The position numbers and the translations under genes are program-made. Of a stretch of DNA of 64,000 nucleotides, positions 26,767-39,051 are shown in pieces. Location of the stretch: the NCBI GenBank assembly GCA_965113315.1, contig OZ220378.1. One strand, given 5' to 3'. The stretch comes from Podarcis vaucheri. Taxonomy: Eukaryota. Each line of letters starts with the position of its first letter. Position 1 is the first letter of the stretch. The notes under the pieces are model-generated. The model was not told where the DNA came from. It did no database searches and saw nothing but the letters and a program-made list of their open reading frames with translations.

Positions 26767-26818
26767 ATGATGGGGCCATACAGCTGCTCCTGCTACCTCT
26801 TCCTTCTCCTACTACCAG
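26767..26818 (+). CDS. ITGA10: ITGA10 exon 1 (signal peptide)
   Basis: [17 protein letters not shown]+G|gtaccc, 52 nt, phase 1 matches exon 2. Confidence 0.78.
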
Positions 26819-29581
26819 GTACCCTTATTCCAGAATATTTAAACCCATTTTAAAAGACGGAAAGGCTAAGTGGCTGAAGAATTTCTCCTGAAGTTAGGAG
26901 AGAACAGGGGGATGGAAGAGGGGCAGCTCTATCAAGATACAGGTTTACTGGATGTCATTAAGGGCTCCTGAGTGGGAGGAAAGCAGAACTGACCCAAGGG
27001 GAGACCATGTCTCAATCTTGCTGCAATGGACTGATTGTGCAACCAGCCATTCAAAATTCCTTGTGCCTTCCTTTGGCTTAGCCTCTCTGCAAATGGTAGT
27101 AGTAGTAGTAGTTGTTGTTTTTAAATCTTTTTATTTTAAGTGTTTCATTTTTTAAAAAAAGCTGACTCATCAGCAAAAAATCTCTCTCTGAGTGGTTTAC
27201 AAACCACTACAAAAGAGGCAGTCCTTGCCTTCAGGCTTAGAATCTGAAAGAGACACAGCATAGAAGGAAAATGGTTGGGCGGGAGGAGGTAATACACAAG
27301 CTCAGGTTCAAGTTGGAGGCAGTGGTGGCTACCAACTTGAATGGCTTTAAAAGAAGTCTGGACAAATTGATGAAGGACAAGGCTATCAATGGCTACTAGC
27401 CACAATGGCTACGCTCTCTATGGTTGGAGGCAGTCATGCTTCTGAATACCAGTTGCTGGAAGCCACAGGAGGGGAGAGGGTTCTTATGCTCTGGTGCTGC
27501 TTGTGGGCTTCCCACAGACAGCTGTTGGTCCACTCTGTGGTTGCCAACCTAGCAGTTCGAAAGCACACCAGTGCAGATAGATAAATAGGTACCGCTGCAG
27601 CGGGAAGGTAAACGACGTTTCTGTGCGCTCTGGTTTCCATCATGGTGTCCTGTTGCATCAGAAGCAGTTTAGACATGCTGGCCACATGACCTGGAAAAGC
27701 TGTTTGTGGATGAACGCCTGCTCCCTCAGCCTGAAAGCGAGATGAGCGCCACAACCCCATAGTTGCCTTTGACTGGACTTTACTTTCCAGGGGTCCTTTA
27801 CTTTACTACTCTGAGAATGAGATGCTGAACGAGATGGGCCGCTGCCCTAATCCAGTAGCCTTCTTCTTATGTCCCAGTGATCTGTCTTAAAAATAATGAT
27901 TTGGGTTCCAATCAGTGTCTTAGAGCATTCATACAAAGAGCTTCGCATCCATGATATCAGTAATCCCTGTGACAGCACTGTGAGGTAGGTCTGAAGCATT
28001 ATTTTAACATTAGAAATGAAGGTACAGTGGTACCTCAGGTTACATACGCTTCAGGTTACCGACTCTGCTAACCCAGAAATAGTACCTTGGGTTAAGAACT
28101 TTGCTTCAGGATGAGAACAGAAATTGTGCTCTGGTGGCGTGGCGGCAGCGGGAGGCCCCATTAGCTAAAGTGGTGCTTCAGGTTAAGAACAGTTTCAGGT
28201 TAAGAACGGACCTCGGGAATGAATTAAGTAGGTACTTAACCTGAGTGGTGGGCGAGATCCAACATCACACCCTGGGATGTTACGGGGTCTCCCTTCCTCT
28301 CTTCTCCTCTTCAGCGCCCACCCACCCAAATCTGCTCCAGAGTTCCCCTACCCTGTGGACCAGATTTGGGGGAGGGAACTGAGAAGCTGCCAAGGGGAGA
28401 GAAGTGGAACTCTTCTTTAACCAAGCAGGATGTCACAACTGGATAACCCCGAGAGATGAAGTCATGACACGGGCGAGATCTTGTGTCATCTTAAAAAGTA
28501 ACATATTAATTACGGCATAAGCTTTCACAGACTACTTCATCATGCATGAAGTGTTGTCCTGAGCTATAGGTATAAAGACACATCTTTTTTGGAGGGGAAG
28601 CAGGGATTGCAAACAGGTTGGAGGGAAATGAAATGTGGAAAACTATTACCTAATAGTATATAGCAGTGTTCGCCCACCTGGTGCCCTCCAGATGTTTTGG
28701 ACTACAACTCACATCAGCCCCCGCTAGCACAGCCATGCCGTAACCCAGCATGTTATGGTTTCAAAGTCCACAATAAAAAGTCACCAATTTAATATTGGAT
28801 TTACTCGCACAGAGACCACAAAAGTAACCTGGAGGGAGATTAACTAGGAATAGCTATTGGCCAGATAACATGAACGGCCAGCTCTCTCCCAGCTCTGAGT
28901 GGGAGACATCTTTTCTCTCTCTCTTTAAGAGGGATCCTCATTTCCTTCTCTCTAGTTATAATGAGAACTTCATCGCTTCTGGTCACTTTTGCCTTCACTG
29001 CAGGGTTCCCCCGACAATGTAAGCGCTGCAAGACCTGAGCATGATAAGTTAAAACAGCTTCTCATGAAAATACACTTTGCTAAACCTCATCTGCTGGACA
29101 GCAGAGATCTAGCATCTTGCAGGTACCAGTTGGATCTGCAAAGCAGAATATAAAAATCAATCTTACACAGTGAAGCCAAGTTTTATTTACGTTTAGAAAT
29201 CAGGTCTGATTGGCAAAGCTGTCCACTGCCTTTTATTGCATTGGGACTGTCAATAACTTTGTTCTATGTTTCCCCAAAACTACATTTCCAAGGGGCTTCT
29301 TGAGCCTTGGGGTCAGGAGGAATCACCCCAGATCTTTTTCTTTTCTGGGGCTTACATACATTGCACATCAATAGTTTTGCACAACTTCTGTTCATTTCAG
29401 AGGGGCTTGTTTGGAAGAACTTTCTGAAGGTGGATTGTGTCCCTGGGGGTCAGATCCATCTCATTTCCTACTCTTCCACCCATTAATGGCACCCATAACA
29501 TCTTACTGGGAGTAAGAACTTGCTTTGTACTACATGGGAACAAAGGAAGCTGCCTGAAGTGTAGGTGGGTTCCCACGATGC

Positions 29582-29626
<45 letters not shown>

Positions 29627-32600
29627 TATTTATTTGTGCCCCGCCCATCTGGCTGGGTTTCCCCAGCCTCACTGGGCGGCTTCCATAGAAACCAAAAAAC
29701 ACTAAAATATCATACATTAAAAACTTCCCTGAACAGGGCTGCCTTAAGATGTCTTCTTAAGACATGCAAGATGCAGTGATAACAGCAAGAACCTTTTATT
29801 GAACTACATGACTGGCAAACAGGGGCAAAGCAACTGCTTATATACATTTCTGAAAGCCTGGGCCACTCCCTACGTGATTGGCTGTCTAAACTTCCAAGCT
29901 GCGAATCACGACTCAGAGTTCACGGACCAATGGCAGAGGCCCAAATTCTGGAATGTTTTGTGATTGGACATCATGCATTGAATCAGAACACAGGAGCTCA
30001 GGATCCTTAGTCCAGACTCAAGCTCAGGCAAACACAGATCGCTGAATATATAATACTGCCTTTTCCCTAGCCAGACTACTGACCCATCTAGCCCAGTATT
30101 GTTGACACTGACTGGCAGCAGCTCTCCAGGCTATCAGGCAAGAGTCCTTCCCAACCTACACATTTAAAGCTATATCATGCCACTTTAAACAGTTACAGCT
30201 TCCCCGCAAGAATCCTAGGAAGTGTAGTTTGTTCAGGGTACTGAGAGTTGTTAGGAGACCCCTGCCCACATTCCCCTCCTGCTTTGGATTCAGCACAGAG
30301 CAGGGCATGCCTCTATTTCCCTAGCTTCCAACCTCAGCCAATAATCCTAATCGTACTTCACCTGTAAATGTACTTCAGATTACAGGTGTGTGGGAACTCA
30401 TGTGACTGGATGAAATTTAGCTTTTCAACAACTAGCATCGCAAGGCTAGACTCCCAGCGCCGCCGCCACCACATAATATGCTGGTTTTCTGTGTAGGAGG
30501 ATTTTTTCTGTATGGATTTGATTGCAGGAAGTGTTCCAGGTGAGACACAGGCAGGGCCACTTCAGCCCCACTCATAAGAACGTAAGGAGAGGCAGCTGGA
30601 TCAGGCCAAAGGTCCAGCATCCTGTTCTTCCAGTGACCAACCAGATACCCCAATGGGAAATCTGCGAGCAGGAGCCAAGCCCAAGATCCCTCTCTCTTCC
30701 TGCGGTTTCCAGCAATTGATATTCAGAAGCATTCCTGCCTTCAGTGATGGAGGCAGAGCACAGCCACCATGCCTAATAGCTATCGATAGCCCTTTCCTCC
30801 TCATTCTCCATCTCAAGGACATGATTCAAGCAAGTCTCCCACCCTCCTCTGGTCCCTACAATCTGTTTTTCCTCTTTCCTTCCCACGCCTTACTCTTTCT
30901 CTCTGTTGACTATTTCTGGACCGCTCCCAGCTCTGGAGATGCTGCTAACCAGCTTATATTTTTATGAATGGATATTGCAGGCTTCTTGAGAGCCTTCCTT
31001 TTGCAGCACCCATTGTGATTTAGCAAGCTTGTTTTTGAAGCTTCCTACAAGCCAGGAGGGCAGAAAGGAGGTAGCTTTGGTTTCCATTTATTCCACCAGA
31101 TCCTCTTGTTCTCCACTCCCCCATTCCCTCCCCCCAAATCTATTGACAATGCCAAGGCTTTGAAAAACAGCAAGTCCTTGAAACGTTGCAAAGGATTCTG
31201 GGATTCTTCTCTCATATTGTACTTTGCCAGTGTTAAGTATTGCTAATCCTCGCCCTGCCTGAAAAGCTGGAGAGCTTCTGCCAGCCGGTGCTGACAATAC
31301 TGGGCTAGATGGACCGAAGGTCTGAGTCAGTGTTATGCAGCTTCCTGCATTCCTGTGAAAGGTGGGGGGTTAAGTGTAGGAAAATAAATAAATTAAATTT
31401 GCCTGCCTCAAGTCTAAATAGAGAGCAGGATTAACAATGGACTTGACTCAAGGCTAATGTTGACAAACATTACACCCCCACGTCAGAGAATTTTGCTCAC
31501 AGAAACAGAGAAATCAGTTGCATTAGGGGAAAAAAACATTCCGGAGGTCTGTTCTTAACTTGAAACTGTTCTTAACCTGAGGTACCACCTTAGCTAATGG
31601 GGCTTCCCGTTGCCGCCGTGCGATTTCTGTTCTCATCCTGAGGTAAAGTTCTTAACCTGAGGTACTATTTCTGAGTTATCAGGGTCTGTAACCTGAAGCG
31701 TCTGTAACCTGAAGCGTCTGTAACCCGAGGTACCACTGTACTGCCTCTGACAATGAAGGCAGAGCATAGCCATCCTGGCTAGTAGCCATTAATAGCCTCC
31801 TCCTCCTCCTTCTCCAAGAATTAGTCCAATCCTCTTCCAAAGCCATCTAAGTTGGTGGCCATCACTGCCTCCTGTGGGAGGGAGTTCTATAGTTTAACTG
31901 TGTGCTGCATGGAGAAGAACTTTCGTTTATTTGTCCTGAATCTTCTGAGATCCAGCTTCATTGTATGTTCTTGACTTGTAGTGTAATTTTCTACTCACCT
32001 GTTATGTCACCTCATACTCACGTTCTCAATAAAATTAAAAGCCCCCAAACACTGCAACCTTTCTTCACAAAGGGATTTGCTCCATCCCCTTTTCTGAACT
32101 TTTTCCAACTGTGCAATATCCTTTTTGAGAAGAGGTGACCAGAACTGTCCCCAGTATTCCAAAAGCGGTTGTACCAACAATGTAATGTGTTTGAACTGCC
32201 TATAACTGTTCCTTGGACCTCTTAGCTGCTGGAAGAATGTAGGGAAAGGTGAATCTGCAAATTTTGGTTTCTAAATTTTCCATTCTTAAATTCCGTTTTT
32301 CAGATTTCCACATCAGTTTAGGGTGATCTAAAAAAGAAACACCAAGTCCTAATGAAAATTTAAGTGCGAATTTTCCCCAGTGTGCACATTTGTATGCAAT
32401 TTTACCTAATACACTCTTTTTTTTTTTGCAAAGTAACCCTCTATAATGTTTAATCTTTAGTATCTTATTTTCAGTACTATATGCACACTTTACTTTGCAT
32501 TGCTCTTTACTTGGCGTTGCAAAATTCAGAGCTGTGAGAATGAGTGTGGATTTCGCAAAATAAACATTTTTGTATGCACTTTAATGTGCATGTTTTTGAA

Positions 32601-33151
32601 AACAAATTCTCCTAATATTTTTTGTATGTTATTTTCACTAATATGTTCATTTTCATGCATACATACTTTTACCTAACATGCATTTTTTTGCAAACATTCC
32701 TTTGTTGGAGAACTGCATTGCAAAATTCAGAGAAGTGCAAATTTTGAAGGCTGGCTGTGTTTCAGTTTGTGCATTATTTAACAAAAATGCAAATTTGGTA
32801 GGTTTGCCTTTAAAGGCGAACTCAATAAAGACATTGTGTCCCATCTCTAGTCAATATTCCAAGACAAAGGCAAGACAGATTGGTTTGAATTCGCCCCCTT
32901 TAATTGGTGTTTCCTAAAATATGCTTGTGGGCTATGATTCCTTTGCAAAGCTTTTGCTACACCCACCACAGGAGAAAATAAGCCATTTTGACTGCTCATG
33001 TGAGATCTCTGGGAAGCAAGGAGGAGACCAAAATTTTGGGATTTGTGAGGAGAAAGAACCTGGTACCTTTTTCTTAAAAAAAAAAAAGTATTTTAAATTG
33101 GCAAAAAGACAGCAGTCTAACAAAACAAAAAGTCTAGCAGTATCCTTTTCC

Positions 33152-33220
<69 letters not shown>

Positions 33221-36200
33221 CACTAGCATCAGTGATGGTAGTGGTGACAGCAAACTATGGCTGTTCTGCCCTCCCACACCTCATCGCCATTCCACCCAGC
33301 ATCTGCCGCCTGAGGCAGATGCCTCACTCTGCCTAATCGTAGGGCCGGCGCTGAACCTATGCAAAGACCCTATGGCTAGAGAGATGAATTAGGAATGGCT
33401 TCAGGACTCCACATTAGGAGCCTCCCAGACCCTGAGATTTCAGGGCCCAAACCTGAGATATAGGGGCAGCACCTGGTGATGTCACAGGGCAGGCCCTGGA
33501 GACACAGGTCAATAGGGACGGCGGGGGAGGGAGCAAAGGAGAACTGACCTTCCACTCCCGGAGTGTCTATGCTACAATCTGCAGCCAACTCCTGTTGGGC
33601 CGAAGCTTGCAAGCTGCACGCACGGTCTTCTTAATATTTATATTTATTAAATGCCCCTCACCCACCTGGAGATTCGAGACCTCCACCTGCCACCTGGAGG
33701 GGGCCAGGCACACCTGGAGATGTTCAGCTCAGACCTGGAGGTCTGGAACCCCTAAATCGGTGTGAGAAACAATGTATCCAACATTACAGCAAAGTATAGG
33801 GCGCACACCTGAATTCTGGATAACATCGTGTGAACTCAGGTTTTTTTAAAACACAGCAGTGGGAACGCAGGGAGTGTGCAGAGGGAATCCAGAAGTCTAG
33901 ACTGTAAGGCTGTGCTCACTTTCCCAGTAAAGGGGAATGTGAGCCTTAGAGTCTAGACTTTTGGATTCCCTCCCCTCTCCACCAGTGGTTGAACTACACC
34001 AGCCAGCCTGGTGCCCTCCAGATGTTTCGGACCACAACTCCAATCAGCCCCAGTGAAGAGTCCAAAACATCTGGCAAAGGCCAAGCTACACGGTACAAAC
34101 AGCAAGGTTTGCTTTTGAACTTGTAGTGGAGGTTTGCCGGGCACATTCTCCATAAGTAAGAAGCCGCAGTTTATGATATGAGATATATATATTTCAGCTT
34201 CTACCAGTCCATGATTGCTTTGCTTGTTTCCGTTTGGCATTTGGAATCTGGGGCAGCGACAGACAGAGGTGCCATTGTGCGAGAGGCACGGACAGCGACA
34301 CCCTTTCCATACACATCCACTTGCGAGCCAGGAAACGCTTTGCTCTTTTCTCCGGGGCTTTGCCAGATTCTGAGCTGCCGTTGGGAGGGCAGGACTATTG
34401 CTGCTGACCTCCGTTTCTGGAAATCGCTCCCTCAGATACTGGTGATGATGACTTTGACGCTACCTGCTTCTGTTTTTCTTCCTTCCTTGCTGACAAAAGC
34501 AAAACACTGGCACACTTATTTCCAACAAATAGATTTCGACAGCTTCCATGTTATCTTTTGCCCCAGGCAGAATGCTAGGGACATTAATACTCATTTTCAT
34601 ATGGAAAGAAATTTGTACAATTTGTATGAAGGCCCTCCAACAATCAGCTATGTATGTATTGTTGGCTAAGCCCAGGTTTCCAGCGTGTAAGAGTTCGTTT
34701 CCTTTGCCACGGAGTAACTGCAGCAATTGGAGAGCAGGATTACATTCATAAGATAGTATGGTTGCTCTGTAGGCTTCAGGTCATTTATTTATTTATTGGC
34801 AGTATTTATAGCTCACTCTTTATTGAATGTTTTCGATCCTGGAGCTGGGAACAAAGTAATAAAAATAAACAGAGGAAATCAATATAGAAAAATTACAAAA
34901 TCAAATACACAGGACCAATAAACAACATAACCATTCTATCATAAAGTAAACAAACAAAATTACTACAGCATAAATTAATACTTCCAATTTAACAAAATAC
35001 TACTACTACTAATAATAATGTCAGATAGTGATGTGCAGGTGGATTTGCTGGCCTCCAACATCTCCTTACCGGCAGAGATAGACATCATTCAGGGGTCTTC
35101 CCCTCCATTTTACAAATTAAACCACTGCCTTTACCCTGATATCAGATGTGTGTAAAAGAGTGATCCATGGCTAGAGACAAGGGGGAAAGTGAGGCATTCT
35201 GCACACGATTAGGAACACTGCCATTTTTACTATTGTCTCAAATGCACCTGGGCTGTAGGGCTGAAAACAGATTTTCAGGCGCAGCTTAATCCTTCTTATA
35301 ACGACTACCTGCCAGAGGAGAACAGAGAAGTCTTTCTGAGCCATCCAGAAGGGTAAACATTGTTTTTGCAGGGCCAAGATAAACTCTCTGTCCAAATTTC
35401 AAATACTGGCCCACGTTTGCTCCTGGCCTTCCCTTCCCTCCAGAGTGTGTTCGCTGAGCGGATGTGGGATTGTGCCGGTAACTTGAAACGGACGAAATTT
35501 GTTGGGAACTTTGTGAAAGTTGGATTGGAATTTTGGCTCATAAGGCTGTGCCATGGCGGACTGCAGTGGGTGGGTTGCTGTTTTAGCAGCTGCAAGCATT
35601 AGATCGTTTTTCTTCTTCTTGAGCAAAGAAACCTCACCCCTCCTCAGCACACACATTCCCAACAACATGGCCGTAAGTTTAGGAGATGCAAAGCAGGCAG
35701 ATGGCGGTAGAAGGTCTGTGTGAGAGAGTAGTTCCCAAACTGTTTTGAGCAACCACCCCCTTGGTTCCACAAACTCGTGGACATTCAGTTAACGTCAGGG
35801 AATGGTCTGGATCTGAAGATTGGGGAATGCAGTTGCAGGCAGATCAATTCCTCTCAGAAGAGGAGGGGGAATACACACACCCACACCCACACCTACCTCC
35901 AGCATTTTCAGAAGCAGAGAGAGAGGCATACATAGACACAGAAGCTGAACAGATTAGGGAGGAGTTACCCAGCTATGAGATAATGACAAGAGATCCAGAA
36001 GGGAGGGGGCAGCTGGGAGACACATCAACTGAGAGTGTGTGGAAATCCCCCTCCCCAGGGACTCAGAGGTCCAAACGTATCAGAGAACATAGGAGGCTGA
36101 GAGGGGGAGGAACTTCCCATTGGGGCGCTCCTTGCTGCGGAAGTCAGAAGGAGGATTCAGAGTAGGCAACTGATCTTGCGGAAGGTTTTCTGTTTGTGCT

Positions 36201-39010
36201 TGCAACATGATGCTGTAATAAAAGGACTATAAATCTATCAACTGCTCGTTAATTCTTATCTGTGAGCTACCGAAGGGTGAGGGGAACTCCCAGACTTGAC
36301 AGTTAAGTGGAATGTTGGAAGATTAAGGCGGATAAAAGGAAGTCCTTCCACTGGCGTGCACTTAAACTATGGAATCTGCTCCCACAGGGGGTGGTGATGG
36401 GCTCCATCTTGGATAGATTTAAAAGAAGATTGGACAAATTCATGGAAGAGAAGGCTATCAACAACAACTTCAAAACATTAGCCATTACAGTGGTACCTCG
36501 AGTTACATACGCTTCGGGTTACAGACTCCGCTAACCCAGAAATAATACCTCCGGTTAAGAACTTTGCTTCAGGGTGAGAACAGAAATCGCACGGCGGCAG
36601 CACAGCGGCAGCGGGAGGCCCCATTAGCTAAAGTGGTACCTCAGGTTAAGAACAGTTTCAGGTTAAGAATGGACCCCCAGAACGAATTAAGTTCTTAACC
36701 CGAGGTACCACTTTAATTGCACATTTATTCAAAATCCAATTACAACAATTTAGTTAAATAATTGAACAAAATTGATGATCCAGTGATACCAGTTTTTCAA
36801 AGTCTGATGGTACCCTACCAGCACCACGATTTCTCTTTGTGCTCCCCTAAATAATCCCACGGCCTCCCAGGGGATGGTACCACTCACCTTGGGAATCACT
36901 GGTGTGAGGCCATGAGCCCAAGTTCCTGTGATCGACATGTAGAAACAGGTTTCAGCCCACAAAGTTGTTTGTTTATGGACTAATTTTTTTTAATAATTAG
37001 TACAATTACTGCACATATGTCAAATCATAAGCAAAAAATAAGGTAGGTCCCTCCTGTGAGGAGCTTACAGTTTGAAATTTGATCACAAGAGAGGAAAATA
37101 CCGGTATATATTCTAAAAATGATTTGGATCCTGTTTTCTGGAAATAATGCTTGCTTTCATATAGGGCTGTATCAAACCACCCCCCAAATTAGTGGTTCAT
37201 CCAGTTTTGGAGGTGCAGTTTTGGAGAGGGATGGCGATTGAAGAACACACACACACCCCCCACTCAAAACTGCAGCCCCAAACAGTAACCAAAATGATGC
37301 TTCCAGGTCTACTACCTGCAAGAGATAGGTGAATTTAGAATAGCTCTTTTCTTTCACTCTCCAAATCCCTTGTTGCTCTTCCTTCCTGCATTTTAGGTGG
37401 GGTTGGTCTAGATGATCCTCAGGGTCCCCCAACTCTACAATTCTCTTATTCCAAGCAGTGTCTGCTGGAAATATTTTGACCTGGTAGGGCTGAAATTTTT
37501 AACCCTGCCGTTTTCATCCCAGTAGGACTTGTAAAACAGTTATTTAGGAAAGTGTGCCGTTCTACACGTGCAGAGTGCTACTGTCTCCTCCTCTCTGAAA
37601 AAACAACCCGCCAGATTCTCTGCACATCTATGGAGAGGGAAAGAGGGTCCATGTGCGAGGGCTCAAGTATGATTTTCAGACAAGATTGACTCCACAACTC
37701 TTATTTGGAAATTGAGCCTTATCAGATGACATAAGTTTCTGAATCCATGTATTCACCCATTGCAAAAAAAAAACCACAGATATAAATGCGAGGAAAATTT
37801 TATTCCCGTTGCATGCAGACCCCCCCCAAAAAAAACCTCTGGGGGAAAATCAGTTTAACTATTCATTATCCAAAACTTTTCTCCCCCCCCCCCATCAAAA
37901 AACAAAGAATTCCAACCCAGGGGCTGGGGGAGATTCTTTCCTTTGAGCCAGGACACATCAGAACATAGCAGAACATATTTGCAGTTCCTGACTCAGTCCT
38001 GAAAATGTGGCAGAATAATCTCTGTTCATGTACAGGGTTCATAACGTCAGGTGATTTAATGATAAAAACGGTATTTGCTATAGAAAGAGACTCATAATTG
38101 CTGGCTTGCTTGTTCTCTCTCTGTCTGCCTGTCTGTCTGTCACAAAACAAATACTAAACTAACCCCCCGCCCCACAGCTCCTCAAAATAGGATTGTTGTT
38201 TTTCTGGCTTTCAAGGAAACAACTCTAAAAAAGGTAAAGGACCCCTGGACGGTTATGTCAAGTCAAAGGTGACTATGGGGTTGCGGCTTTCAAGGAAACA
38301 GCTCTGAGCATGCTCAGAAGCAGTGTATGATTCTGATAGGCTATTGCAAGCACAGGGCTGCTTTTGAAGCATCTGCTACATCTGTTGTAGTGGCTGTGTT
38401 GAACAAGTCCCATAGCAACAGACAGAGTAAGAGCTTTTCTACTAGGGCCGACTTTCTGGCAGTCTGATCAGTCACACGGTTTTCCAGTTTAGAGACTGAT
38501 AGGAAGGACCTCTAGCTATATTTCTGGATTAGGACTGGCTGAGTGATGCAGAGAGCTGATTGGTCAGAGAACAGAAGATGGACAAAAATGCCTCTGTAAC
38601 TTCAAGGAAGTATAAAATGTGTGGGACAAGAAGTGGTGTGTGGCTTTGAGTTTTGGAGGAGGAATTTTTTTTTTAAAAAAAAAAACCCTGTTTGACATTT
38701 TTAGTGGGAGAGCTGTGCCACAGTTGTCCCAGTGGACTAGCTTCCACTGCCATTAAGGTCTTCAGAGGAAGTTCCAACTCACACCCTATTTCAGGTTAGC
38801 TTGATGAGTATGAGCAGCAGGGGCTTCTCTGTGGTGGCACCTTGGCTCTGGAAATCCCTTCCTGAGGACTGAAACCCTTTCTTCTTTGGGGTTTTGTAAA
38901 GAGTCTTTTTACAGTGTATTTGTTTCTGCCTGTGGAATATGAGTCTTGTTGACGTTTATTTTATTACTTTTATTGCTTTGGGGGGGGGGTAATTTTGTAA
39001 TATTTTGACA

Positions 39011-39051
<41 letters not shown>

